Below, piece after piece: positions 39,441 to 52,985 of a stretch of 64,000 bases of DNA. Within the stretch, counting starts at the first letter, position 1; each line of letters opens with the position of its first letter. The position numbers were made by a program, and so were the translations under genes. The notes below the pieces were generated by a model that was not told the origin of the DNA, did no database searches, and saw only the letters and a program-made list of their open reading frames with translations. The stretch spans positions 9,734,001-9,798,000 of the forward strand of contig JBHGNT010000021.1 of assembly GCA_043228905.1 (NCBI GenBank), in the 5' to 3' direction. The stretch is from Azolla caroliniana. Lineage: Eukaryota > Plantae > Polypodiophyta.

Positions 39441-41334
39441 TTTTTTTGCAATACAACTACTTTGTCCACTTTACAAGAAATCTGGTATGATCTCCTTGTA
39501 GCTACAAATTCCATGGCATACTATTGTAAATACATTTATACACATTAGCACTAACTGTGTATAAACCTGAGCAGCTATTGTATTGCGACATCAGAACGTT
39601 GATGCACCTGACCAAATGAGAGTACATGTACGCTACTGGTTTGCCTTCTAAAAGCCTAAATCGTAATTATCTAGTCTTGCATAAAAAAATACCTTCGATG
39701 TGGAATGTCGAGCAGATAAAATTCTTCCCCAATCATCTACAATATTCTACGTTGCACATTGTTTACAAACCTTGCACTTCAATATATAGAAATCAACACC
39801 CTCTGAATTGTCTTCTTCTACATTTACAACGAATTTTTCCCAAACGTTTATGACATCACTCAGAGTATCTCCACGGCCTTAATATGTGAAGTCAACATTG
39901 TTTTCTGTTTCTCCATCCGCTCAGTCCTTATCATTCAATGTATGGTACTCCCAATTCCGAATATATGCTCTGTTTAGACAATACCTCCAATTTCCTCGCA
40001 CACAATGGAAGCCAAAACAAGTTAATTTCTCTAACCGCAATACAATGACCATCCAACCTAGAATAACCCTGAACAGCATGGAGAGGTCGCACTCCTAGGT
40101 CTTCTCCCTATTTATTTCATCTATCTTCAGTTCCCAAAATTCACGTTTGATATCTCGGACCTGCGAGGAATAAACACCAGTTGCACTCGTTGACATATTA
40201 GCTCTTAAAAATTCAACTACATGTGTTGCACAATTCATATGCACACCATCTGGCTTTAGTTTTTCATGGGTAAGTGCCCACTTTATAACTGCACCTACTC
40301 CATCATGTTCACCTTTACCATGGCCAGACCCAAAAAAAATCCATCTCATCTCCAAACCTGTTACAGAAGGATACTTGCCAACAAAATAAAATGGACGTCT
40401 AGCCTTGAATTGTGACGCAGATCCATCAGACCAGACCCAATGTTGAGTAAGCTCCAAACATTGACTTAATAACCATTACCAATGTAACTTAAAACAATGT
40501 TGGACAAACAAGGTATCATGCTTCTTATCATCAGAAATAAAAAAAAGAATTACTTTCTTAACATCACCTGAAACTCGAAAATATGTTATGTGCACAAAAA
40601 TGGTTACTTGCATTGAACACCAATGCATGGATTGAATTTCATTCTATTGCTTGAAAGTATAATTCTCTGCAAAATCTACTATTGAGACTACTACATCATT
40701 TGGAAAATCAGATATGCAAGTCTTAAACTAATGGGCCTGACATGAATAAATGAAGTTGTGTTTAATGAACTTTCCTAGAGATACTACAAACAGAGAGAGA
40801 CACCAAATCCCTTGGTTTAACCGACTTCCTAACTAAATCCTTTCCATAGACTCAAATAACTTGACAGAAATTAAAATTTCACTACTCAACTCTTTTGGAC
40901 ACCACCTAGATCTACTAGGTTCACAATCTTGAAATAAACCCATGACACATTTATGACTGTGGAAGTTGGCCTCAGATTCTCTCGGACACAATACTAAATC
41001 TAAAAGACCACTCATGGAAGAGATAACATGCTCTGATGATTTACAATGCTCTTGCAAGCTATATTGACAAATTGAGCACTCACAAGTGCAGACTACATCC
41101 TCTAGGGAGGAGCTATGGTGATGTGGTAGATTAACAGAGTCCTTGAGACAACCCATTTGTACATGGTAAATGCAACAACATGTGTATCGATCCTTTAAGC
41201 GTCTCACAAGGTGTGGCTTAAGAGACTCGAATGTTCATAGTTGAACTTTGATATTTCGATGCATTCGCTTGAACCTAATAAATAAATCAACCTACGTAAT
41301 AAAAAGGGAATCCAGTGAGAGCAAAAATGTGCCC

Positions 41335-42263
41335 TGATGTAGCTAGTTAGATATAGTATGGTAGATTATTAGCTATGATCATACTCTCGTAGTAGCTAAT
41401 TAGCTATTAAGAGTAGCTAACTAACTATTGACAGTAGCTAATTTGCTACTTTAACAACTAATTAGCTCTTGACATAGCTAACTAGTTGTTGCGAGTAGTT
41501 AATTAGCTATTGACAGTAGCTAATTAGCTACCTTAATAGCTTATTAGCTCTTTACATAGCTAACTAGATATTGCAAGTAGCTAATTAGCTACCTTAATAG
41601 CTAATTAGCTCTTGACATAGCTAACTAACTGTTGCGAGTAGCTAATTAGCTACCTTAATAGCTAATTAACTCTTGACATAGCTAACTAGCTGTTGTGAGT
41701 AGCTAATTAGCTATTAAGAATATGAGGTATTGGTAATATCTAAATAGTGATTGACAATAGCTAACTTAGTTATTATCAGCTAATTAGCTACCACAATAGC
41801 TAGTTAGCTATCTCAGAATACGAGCATAGCTAACTAGCTATCGCCAATACTAAACTTAGCTATATTATCAACTATTTCGCTACCGGAATAACTAATTTGC
41901 TACCTCAGAAGATGCCCATAGTTAACTAGCTAGTTACCAGTACCTAAATAGCCACCTCAATAGCTAATTAGCTCTTACATAGCTAACTAGCTATTGCGAG
42001 TAGCTAATTAGCTACATTAATAGCTAAATTACTAATGTGGTAGCTAGTTAGCTAATAATAGCTAACTAGCTACTGGTAACTAGCTAGTTAGCTATGGTCA
42101 TCTTCTGAGGTAGCTAATTAGCTATTGCGGTAGAGAATTAGGTGATAATAGCTAAGTTTAGTATTGGAAATAGCTATTTAGCTATTACCAATAGCTAGTT
42201 AGCTATGCTCATATTCTGAGATAGCTAATTAACTATTGCGGTAGAGAATTAGGTGATAATAGC
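41335..42263. repeat. TAGCTAATTAGCTA array 2, left part (inside the transposase intron)
   Basis: Same palindromic core, with ~60-bp and ~111-bp higher-order units. Confidence 0.95.
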
Positions 42264-42743
42264 TGTTGGCCGGTCAGAAGAGCAAGGACAAGTGGGAAGG
42301 CGGAGTCGGATCGGATAATAGGAAGTAAATGATAGTAGAATTATTAATCGGATAATAGGAAGTAAATGATAGTAGAATTATTATTCGGAGGGACGGATCC
42401 GGTACAGTTGTACCGATCCGGATCCGGACCGATTCGGATGTCGGTTGCCTAAGCGCACCGATTGTAACCTTGCTGGATGCCTATAAAAGGATCCGATGAT
42501 TTGTAAAGGGTTTGACGGAAGTAATACAAAAGTAATTATTGCGTGTTTATCTGTATCTCTGTATTGTTTTACCGTCTGTGCTTAATTGTAATAATCTTAC
42601 GCGTGTAACCTAGAATCCAATCCTTACCACCCCTTTGGAGAAGTGTCGGATAGACACCTGTGTTGAGGCTAGTCCGGCCAGGCAGACAACACTATTTTGG
42701 CGACCACGATTCCTGCAAAGTGCAGAGGACAACTAGGGGATGG

Positions 42744-45700
42744 ATGTCTAGACCAAACGACGACCACATCACCGAACGAGGGAGACGATACACCGAACGC
42801 GAGCAACGACGGGAAGCCCTGCAGCAAGCAGTCGACGAGATCCGACGGGATCGGTCATTCTTCAAAACTCTTCGGAGAGTCGCAGAAGAAGCACTGCAGT
42901 TCCGGGTTCTGCAAATCCCCGACGAAGGCAGTAGCATAACAAGCCTGCAAGAGGCGGAAACGATACTACAGACGCTCGCTGAGGGCGACGGGGACTCGGA
43001 AGCATTCGCAACACTTGAGGCGGAGTCGGAAAGTGACGGAAGCTTTGCGTCCCGGTATAAAAGCAGCCACGACACACCAAACGACCCGGGGGAAGAGGGG
43101 TCGGAAGACTCAGTAACACCGGAGCCGGAGGAAGAAATAAGCTTGGAGTTCGGTGACCGGCAATCGCCGAGGGAGGCTGACCGGATACCGACAACACCCG
43201 CGAAGGAACCGAAGGAGCGGATACCGACAACACTCGCAAAGGAACCGAAGGAGCGGATACCGACAACACCCGCGGAGGAACCAAAGGACCGGACACCGGC
43301 GACACCCGCGGAGGAACTGAAGGAGCGGATATCGGCACCAACCGCGGAGGAACCAAAGGTTCTCACACCGACGCCAACAGCGGACAGAGAGCGGAGTAAG
43401 CAGGAGAGTCAGTTGGACGACACGATGCCGTACCCATACCCAAAGTACCGGGATGAGCCCGACACGGAGGCACACGTGTACACATTCCTCCAAACATGGG
43501 AAGCCAACCATGTCTCCCAAAGACTGACGGAGCCCGAAGCCGAACGATCCAAAGTCGCCTAATTCGGCATGACCTTAGAAGGACCGGCGGCCCGATGGCA
43601 CGCAAAGCACTTACCGGGGAGCTTTGCCACATTCGATGCCTTGAAGGCCAGATTCCTCAGGCTTTTTCACAGACAAGTTGAGCAAAGGGAATTGGTCGGG
43701 CAGTTCTACACCACCCGGCAGGAAGAGACCGAGACTGTGCCACAATTCATCATTCGGTTTCAGACCCTGCACAACCAACTGACGAGAGCACCACCCGAAG
43801 ACGAAGCCAAAGCTGTCTTTTTGGCCGCGCTGAAAGAGCCACTTCGAACAATGTGCAAAGTCCTTGATTTCCACACTAGCACAATGGACCAAGTTATTGA
43901 TCGGGTTTTAGAAATGGACAAGACTAGCCCCTTCTTGTCGATGGGGATGTTACACCGGGCACTCCCGAAGGAGGAAGACCAGAGGTTCCGACAGGCCTTA
44001 CAATGCACAACATGCCTAAATTCGGGCCACTCAACAGTAGACTGCACCCTGCGGACACAATGTATGATCTGCAACTCTCGAGCCCATACAACGGACCGAT
44101 GCGAATATAACCTGTTAAATCGGCAGGCAGCACCGGTTCGACACATAGAACCGCGCAATCAGAACCCGGATGAGGATCGATTCCCGAGAGACGACCGCAA
44201 CCAACGCGAACGCGGTAACAGATACGCTGATAGAAGACGCGATAACTATGACCGAGAGGAGAAATGCAGAGATAGCTACCCCCGGGACTGGTACGACCGA
44301 GACGAATCCCCGGAATACGAACGACGCAGAGAAGAGAGGCGACAAGGGAACCGAAATTTCCGACGGAATCAGAAGCGTGGATTTTTCCGAAGAGAGGAAC
44401 GTTGGGAGGCAACGAGGAATGACAACCCGGTATCGGTACCGGATAACCGAAAAACCGAAGACGACCGCCGAAGCATACCCACCCTCCAAACCGGGGACAA
44501 AGGAGAAATGAGCAACAGTCACAAGGTGTACTGTTATTACTGCCGTAAGGAAGGCCACTATAGTAACCAATGCCCAAGCAAAACCAATGACAAGCAGCCG
44601 GCAGTCAACATGGTTACAGCCGAAATAACAGAAGTACAGCAGGTCACAACCCGGTCAAAGGGAAAGACCACCGAGTGGGAAGCCCAGGAGGCAATCAGAA
44701 AACAAGCGATGCAATGGATCAAGGAGGCCAATGAATAGAATGCGGCAAAAGTAAGAGACCAAAATATGCCAAAAGACGAAGAAATCATACAGCCAGGAGA
44801 AAACCCGACGTGGCAAGCGCTACAGGACTGTCAAATCGTGCTGCCGTTAGCACGGCTACTACAGTTGGTGCCACGGTTTACGGCGGACTTACAGGCATCC
44901 GTGAGCAAACCGAGGCCGACATCAGCACCGACATTCTTCTCCAACCCGAAGGAAGGACCAGCGGTGGTCGATACAAGTAGCCCGGCGATCACGGCAATCA
45001 TGAAAGGAAAGGAAATTGCTGGAACGATTATTGACGGAGGCTCCGGGGTAAATGTCATCAGCCGACAGACATGCGATAACCTGGGCATCCGGGAATGGGA
45101 ACCATGCCCCTTCTGGTTACGCATGGCGGATACCAGCTCAGTCCGACCGACCGGACTTATCCGAGATTTGGAAGTAACGATCGGAGGCCACGTATTCCGG
45201 ATATCGGCCGTGGTGCTGCAGCTGAATGTACAAGGCGCGTACCCCCTACTGCTAGGATGACCATGGCTGCGAACGACACATATCAATCAGAACTGGCAAA
45301 AGAACATGATCACATTCCAGCGAGGGAAAACAAAGGTACGAGTAACTACGCAACCACGGGTGATCGCCAATAAGGAAGCAACTCCATTGTATGCGGAAAG
45401 CATCAACATGTTGGAGGGATTACCGGACGAGGAAGTCGAGCGGTACCTCGAGGAACACCCACGAATCGTCCCACTATTTGAAGTGGATATCACGGCGGTA
45501 GTAGAACCGTACATTACGACGCCGGATGAACCGGACCAAGCAGCGATCCGGGAACTGCAACAAGCGCAGGAATCCCTAGAGAGGGAAATGACGATATCCC
45601 AGAGGGTAAAAGCATCCCAACTAGAGGAGGTGGACCTCGGCACAACAGACAAGCCCCGACCGGTAAATGTCGCAAAGGAATTGCCGAAGGAAGAAAAGAA

Positions 45701-48623
45701 GGCAATGGTAGCATTATTAACAGACTTCAAGGATGTGTTCGCGTGGTCATACGAAGACATGCGAGGGCTGGACCCCCAGCTCTATCAGCACCAAATTCAC
45801 CTAAGTACGGACGCGAAACCGATCGCTCAACGCAGGTACCAGATGAATCCAAATTATGCGGCGAAGGTGAAGGAGGAAATTGATAAGCTCCTCCGGGTCG
45901 GATTTATCCGACCGGTCAAGCAGGAAACCTGGCTGAGTCCGATAGTGGTGGTCCCGAAAAAGAACGGCAAAATCCGGGTATGCGCGGACTATCGCAAACT
46001 AAATGCCGCAACAGTGACCGATGCGTTTCCACTCCCATTTACGGATGGGCTGTTAGATGTGGTAGCCGGCCACGAAGTTTATAACTTCCTGGATGGATTT
46101 AGCGGCTACAACCAAATACGAATGAACCCGGCCGACCAGGAGAAGACAACGTTCGTTACGGAACGGGGAGTGTTCGTCGCGGTCGTGATGATGTTCGGAC
46201 TAAAGACGGCTCCAGCGATCTTTCAAAGGATAATAATGGAAATTTTCGGGGAATATATCCCCGGTTTTATGCAGGTCTTCCTTGACGATTTCGCGGTCTA
46301 CAGCTGGCACAGAGAGCATTTCGATCACCTCCGGCTGTGCTTGGAGAAGTGCCGCGAGTACCGGTTGAGTCTGAACCCGGCCAAGTGCGTCTTTGGAGTA
46401 GCAAGCAGCAACTTACTAGGGCACGTGGTGAGTAAGGAAGGAATCGCGGTAGATCCGGATAAAGTCAAGGTGATTCTCGAGGCACAAGCACCAAATAACG
46501 CAAAGGCTTTAAGCCGGTTCCTGGGCCAAATAAGGTGGCATAGCCGGATGATACGGCACCTCGAAGACTTCGCTACACCATTACATACCTCCGTACACAT
46601 GGTAGTACCCTTCCTATGGGCGGAAACGGAGGAGGAAGCCTACCAAGCGTTGAAGGTTATGTTGTCGCAAGCTCCGGTGGTGCAATCGCCGGATTGGAGT
46701 AAAAGCTTTCAAGTCTTCGTCGACGCGTCGGACGTAGCAATCGGCAGCGTTCTGATGCACCTCACGGAGCCGAAATGGTACCGATCGGTGTACTACGCAA
46801 GCCAGAAACTCTCAAAAGCCGAACGGAACTACTCCACGACGGAACGCGAGGCATTGGGAATGGTGTATAGTGTCACAAAGTACAGGCACTATCTGCTCGG
46901 AAGGAAGTTTTCCTTCCATGTCGACCATTCGGCACTACTCTACCTGGTCTCGAAGGCATCCCTGACGGGAAAATGTGCACGATGGACACTGCTGTTACAG
47001 GAATTTGAATTCAACATTTTCCACCGACCCGGGGCGCAGCATGCGGTAGCGGACTACCTAAGCAGACTCGAATCTGGAGAAGCAGGGGACAGCGTCCAGG
47101 ATGAGTTCCCCGACGCCGAGTTGTTCCGGATCACGACGAAACCGGCAACGGATGCAACGGTAGCCGATGAAGACATGTGGCTAACTGAGATGCATCAGTT
47201 CCTGAGCACCAGAGTACCCCCGGAGAACATGGACCGCGATGAAAGGAAAAGGGTAGTAAGAAGCAGACATTTCTGCTTGGTTGGAGACACCCTCTATCAC
47301 AAGGGGGCAGATGGCATCTGGAGACGAGCAGTGCGGAGCGATGAGAAGGATTTAATCCTCAGGGAAGCCCACTGTGGAATTGCCGGCGGGCATTATGCCG
47401 GCGACGCAACCGCTCGGAAAATATGGCAGAGCGGACTGTGGTGGCCCACCACCCTAAAAGATGCCGTGAAGTATAGCAGAGAATGCGATTTGTGTCAACG
47501 ACTGGGCCAACCCACGGAGCAGGCCCGGATGCCTCACCACCCGGTCTTGCCTTTGGGACCGTTTCAAAAGTGGGGTTTGGACTTTGTCGGTCCCTTCAAG
47601 CCACCGGCAATGCGAACCGGAAATCGATATGTCATAGTGGCAACCGACTATTGCACCAAATGGGTAGAAGCAAAGGCCTTACGGGACAACACGGCCGCGT
47701 CCACGGCAAAGTTTCTATACGAGTGCATATGGTGCCGGTATGGATGCCCTATCAAGCTTATAAGTGACCAAGGAGGACATTTTCTCGGGCAGGTAGTAGA
47801 AAGCCTGACGTCATTTTACGCGGTGGTACATAAAAGGAGTACTCCCTACTACCCTCAAGCCAATGGACTAGCGGAATCAACGAACAAAACTCTGTAGAAC
47901 ATCCTACGAAAAATTGTCAACGAGAACCGGACCGACTGGGATACGAAATTGCAAAGCGCGCTATGGGCGTACCGAACAACGTACAAAACCAGCATCCGGA
48001 CAACCCCGTTCCGACTAGCATTGGGTTTAGAAGCGGTCATGCCGGTAGAGTTCCAGATCCCCAGCTTACGGATCCAAGTAAAGGAGCGGTTAAGTGAGAA
48101 GGAGTCCGAACGAATCCGGCTGGCGACGTTGTTGGAATTAGAAGAAAACCGAATAGCCAGCTTACTACAACTCGAACTAGAGCAAAGGAGGAGAAAAGCT
48201 TTCGTGGACCGACACCGGTGTGGCAACGAAAAGGAGTTCGAAGTCGGGAAACCGGTGCTACTATTCCAGACACGGATGGGGAACATGCCGGGAAAGTTGC
48301 GGTTTCGGTGGACCAGACCGTTCTAGATCACCAAGGAGTACAATGGGTCGTATCAGCTCGGCACGTTATCTGGAGATGTCATCGGTAAGTGGGCAAATGG
48401 GTTTCGGCTAAAGCCGTATAAGGGAAATATGCCAGCCAACCCGTTCAAGCAAGACCCGGAAATCCGGCAAGATGAGGAACCGACACCGACAGACACTGCT
48501 GAAGATATTCGGATCGAGGAAGAACCGACACCGATACTGACAAAGACTATCCCAGAAAACCGACAGAAGGATCCGGTATCAACGCGAACCGACCCGAACA
48601 AATCGGGGGGGACCAGAAAATGA
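42744..48623 (+). pseudogene. Gypsy single-frame Gag-Pol with five nonsense codons
   Basis: ORF segments starting at 42660, 43569, 44766, 45306, 47949 and 48429 share one frame. Motifs: CYYCRKEGHYSNQC, IIDGGSGVN, FLDDFAV, VDASDVAIG, WGLDFVGP, YYPQANGLAE. A 12-aa tandem repeat RIPTTPAKEPKE lies at ~43180-43370. Confidence 0.95.
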
Positions 48624-49023
48624 CGTGGTCCAAACAAAGGAAAAAAAAAACGTGGGCAAAATCGACGCGAATCATAGTAGTGATGGGGAGATCACAAGAG
48701 GTGGGAGCGCCACCATGCAACAAAGAGGCGCCATGCATTAAAGAAGGACGTGCGCGTACTTGCTATTTAAAGCATGGAACGTGGGCACTCACACGCGGCA
48801 AACAAGAAAGGACATACTAATTATGGCGGGAGAGGAACATGCGCGGGAAACGAAAAAGGGCGGCTCGAGGCAAAAGCCACTATATAAGACACAGGCTTGC
48901 GAAGGACTTACTTTTTACGAATTTTCCTACACACAGGCGCAGAAGCACAGAAGAGCGATCCGACGCACAGTGCACACACAACCCGATCCCAAACAACAGA
49001 CAGCAGAAGAAGAATTCGAAACA

Positions 49024-50254
49024 ATGGTACTGTCAAAGGAGGCACGCCAATGGATGAGGGAGAACGGGTTAGAAGGATTACTGAGGATCGCCGACGCTCC
49101 ACCACACGCAGAACCAGAGCAGGCGGCAACATTGATTGATTTATCAGAAATCACGGAAGGAGCGGTGCAGGCGCTCACGGGGATAAAAGCAGGAGGACTT
49201 CAAACAATCGAAAACCCTTCAAGTGAAATCCTGTTCGAATATTTCGGTGAGTATTCTATCAGCAGCAAGGCGTACCGAACACAGGGCGGAGAGAACCTGC
49301 TGTTCGGAGAAGTGGCCCGCGCCATGATGGAGTACAGATTCGTGAATCCTCGTCCCCCAACCATAGCCAGGTACCGGGCAGCGTTCTTAATTGCAGCGTA
49401 CGAAGGATTACAAGTGGACTGGCTCCATTTCATAACCGAAGGATTGAAGGAGGCCATCAAGAATCTTGTGGAAGGAAAAAAGCCATGGGCCGGGATAGCA
49501 CAATGGCTAACGGTGTTAGTCCCACCGGTGCTCCCCATCACAACAGGCAGCCGAGCTGCAGACACTCCGAGCGGATGCCGAGAATCGGAGGAAGACCGGT
49601 GACAAGTTCTACAAAATGGATGAAGAAAGTATCGTCGCCATTCGGGAAGAATTGTCAGAGGATTTCTACGCTTTAGCGGAAGAACATCTCAAAGAAATCC
49701 GAGGGTTGGTAGAGAGGTTGGATGACGGGCAGCTCGCAACTCGGTTGGAGTTGGAGAAATACAAGCAGGACCGGTTACGACAGGAAGCCAAGGGAAGAAC
49801 GACGCCAATCACTATTAGTGAGGGAGAGCGACCGGCTGAAGTTGAACCAACCGACACCGAACAACCCCGACAAGGAATACCCAAAGAAGAACTTCCGTTC
49901 GAAGGAAATCAAGAAGAGCAGGAGCAGACCGATGCCGGAGAAGAAGAAGAGCTGAGACCGGAAGACACCAGAGCAGAGGAAGAAGGCGTACCGAGCAGAC
50001 CAGTTGAGACCGGAGAAAGCGACACTGGTAATAGAACAGAGCCAGGAACGGAGGGAGAATAGGAAGAACCCGGACGAAGCGGTGAGGAAGCACCGGCACC
50101 ACAGAATCAAGTAGAGCCGGAGCAGCAAATTTTTACGGAACAGCCAACCCAACCGGAGGTCGGAGACCAGGCAGGCAAGGAACAGGAATTGGAGGAAGAA
50201 GCACCACTTGACACCATCGAGCAGAGTGTGCTCGATATTTTGGAGGAAGAATGA
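49024..50254 (+). pseudogene. Extra ORF downstream of pol: helical domain followed by a very acidic tail
   Basis: MVLSKEARQWMRENGLEGLL...AAYEGLQVDWLHFITEGL, then a frame change near 49560-49616 and an E/Q-rich region with an internal TAG at 50060. Confidence 0.65.
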
Positions 50255-50732
50255 GGCCGGGAGTGGATTCGAAGTGCAAGGCACTTTCCCACGGGCGTGC
50301 CATGTATTGGCCGATCAGAAGAGCAAGGACAAGTGGGAAGGCGGAGTCGGATCGGATAATAGGAAGTAAATGATAGTAGAATTATTAATCGGATAATAGG
50401 AAGTAAATGATAGTAGAATTATTATTCGGAGGGACGGATCCGGTACAGTTGTACCGATCCGGATCCGGACCGATTCGGATGTCGGTTGCCTAAGCGCACC
50501 GATTGTAACCTTGCCGGATGCTTATAAAAGGATCCGATGATTTGTAAAGGGTTTGACGAAAGTAATACAAAAGTAATTATTGCGTGTTTATCTGTATCTC
50601 TGTATTGTTTTACCCTCTGTGCTTAATTGTAATAATCTTACGCGTGTAACCTAGCATCCAATCCTTACCACCCCTTTGGAGAAGTGTTGGATAGACACCT
50701 GTGTTGAGGCTAGTCCGGCCAGGCAGACAACA

Positions 50733-50935
50733 ATAGCTAACTTTAGTATTGGAAATAGCTATCTAGCTATTACCAATAGCTAGTTAGCTATGCTCATATT
50801 CTGAGATAGCTAATTAGCTATTGCGGTAGCGAATGAGCTGATAATAGCTAAGTTTGCTATTGCCAATCACTATTTAGGTATTACCAACATCGAGTTAGCT
50901 ATAATAATATTCTGAGGTAGGTAATTAGCCAACTA
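50733..50935. repeat. TAGCTAATTAGCTA array 2, right part
   Basis: Continues the ~111-bp unit exactly across the Gypsy TSD. Confidence 0.9.
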
Positions 50936-51969
50936 AGTTTAAAAATCAAAACAAAAGTTGAGATAAATCTAAATACCTACGGTACATCAAGAAGATGAAT
51001 GGGATTCTCCTCGTATTGACTCCTTCCAACACGTTCCCTGCATAAATCCTTCTTATTGGGTGAAACCCTACTCTCATTAGTCCAAAATATGGTGATTATA
51101 TCCTTGATTTCTAATGTTATGTGTGTCATTGGCGTACACCTTGTTGTTAGCTTTAGCAGACTAGTTCCTTCACCACTTGAAATTATCCGGTTCATTGTAT
51201 TCTACACACTTTTTCTACTAACACCAATTACCTTACATAGCACACTGATGCTAAGACCATCAACATCACTATTAAGTAACATCATTAGACTAGACCTTTT
51301 TAAGATGAGATCATCTTCGGACCTACTCATGGATACGAAACTATTACGGAGATTATTTACTAGTACAGATGTTATGTTTGTATTAAGACCATCAAAATCA
51401 ACTAACTCCTTTATCGATGGATCATTTAATATTCCATAAAGTACTACCTTCTTGTCTTCAAGGCTGATGTGCTTGGTCTAAACATTGAAATAGTCTACAA
51501 CCTTTCTCTCTATGATAGTAGTCTCCTTACTTCCATTCTCAGTGGTATTCAGATCTATATCGCAACCAATGTTATCCTTACCTTTAGTGAATGTGACTTT
51601 CGTATCCTTCAACAATTGACGATGTTTCCTTTTTTTTTCCTGCCCAATACTTTCATATCGCTTGTTGTGTCCTGCGAACATCATCTCTATCTTGATGATC
51701 CATGAGGGGTATTGGTAAACACTGTCCTTCCCCTTCCATTTGGCTTGACATATTCATTAGTAAATTTCCACAAAAAAAGACACGTAGCTAGTTACAAAAC
51801 CACATGCAAACTAGTTATTCACAGGAGTGATCCCACCATTGGTAAGTTTATGTTTGTTGCAACGGAGTGAAAGCTACTGAACCACCATCGGGAACGAGCT
51901 TAGATGACTATAGGCAACAACAATACACAAAATTATTCCGCAATACAGAACATTATACACAACAATACA

Positions 51970-52985
51970 CAAGATAATCAACCGACAGAACAATTATTGC
52001 AATCCAAGACTGAACAGTGGCAACAACTGAGTGTGGAATGGCGGCAATGGAGGAGTGAATTCCATCGGATCGAACAATTATTGCAATCCAGGACCGAACA
52101 GTGGAGGCAACTGAGTGTAGAATGGCGGTAGTGGATCAAACAGTGGCAGCAATCCACGACCGAACAGTCGCGACAACTGAGTGTAGAATGGTGGCAATGG
52201 AGTGAACTCAATAGGAGCGAAGAGTGGCAGAGATGCTTGGACCAAATAGTGGTAGATGATGGCAACTGAGTGTAGAATGGCAGCAATGGTGGATTGAACT
52301 CCGTTAGATCGAACAGTGGTAGATGATGCTTGGGACGCACACTGGTGGCAACTGAGTGTAGAATAACGGCGGTGGAAGAGAGAACTCCGTCGAATCAAAC
52401 AATGGCAGCAATCCACGACCAAACAGTAGCAGCAACTGAGTGTAGAATGGTGGCAATGGAGGAGTGAACTCAATAGGAGCAAACAGTGGCAGATGATGCT
52501 TGGACCGAATAATGGTGGGAACTGAGTGTAGAATGGTGGCAATGGAACAATGAACTTAATATAGGAGCGAATAGTGGCAGATGATGCTTGGACCGAACAG
52601 TGGAGGCAACTGAGTGTAGAATGGTGGCAATGGGAGAGCGAACTCCGTCAAATCGAACAATGGCAAATGATGTTTGGAACACATAGTGGCAGCAACTAAG
52701 TGTAGAATGGCGGCAGTGGAGAAGTGAACTCTGTTGGATCAGAGAGTGGAAGCAATCCAGGACCGAACAGTAGCGGCAACTGAATATAGAATAGTGGCAA
52801 TGTAGTAGTGAACTTAACAGGAGAGAACAGTGGCAGATGATGCTTGGACCAAACAGTGGCGACAACTGAGTGTAGAATGGCGGTAATGGAGGAGTGAACT
52901 TTGTCAGATCGAATAGTGGTGGATGATGCTTGGACCGCATAGTGGCAACAATTGAGTATATAATGGTGCCAATGTCGGACTGGAC
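51970..52985. repeat. Tandem array, unit ~84-87 bp, ~12 copies, core CAACTGAGTGTAGAATGG
   Basis: Core at approximately 52025, 52109, 52175, 52264, 52350, 52434, 52520, 52607, 52694, 52778, 52864 and 52950. Confidence 0.92.

Larger units (their letters stand above)
42264..50732 (+). mobile_element. Full-length non-chromovirus Ty3/Gypsy element (possibly Phygy/Selgy-like) with an extra 3' ORF
   Basis: 428-bp LTRs at 42264-42691 and 50305-50732 (~8 mismatches by eye; the 3' LTR starts TA). Perfect TSD ATAGC. PBS TGGCGACCAC at 42698-42707 is tRNA-Arg-like. No chromodomain was seen. Confidence 0.95.
39500..51757 (-). pseudogene. Sola2-like DDD transposase in two exons (51757-50977 and 41291-~39500), degenerate
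   Basis: Exon 1 ends FWTNESRVSPNKKD...HLLDVP(Q>stop)|GT. Exon 2 starts AG|VDLFIRFKRMH..TFESLKPHLVRRLKDRYTCCCIYH and continues with VDFAENY, ISDDKKHD, WSDGSASQFK and HGKGEHDGVGAVIK. The junction is phase 0 and in frame. Confidence 0.8.

Noticed and set aside
51970-52985. CRISPR-like regularly spaced repeat
   Set aside because: The intervening sequences are homologous to each other rather than unique spacers, there are no cas genes, and the context is eukaryotic.
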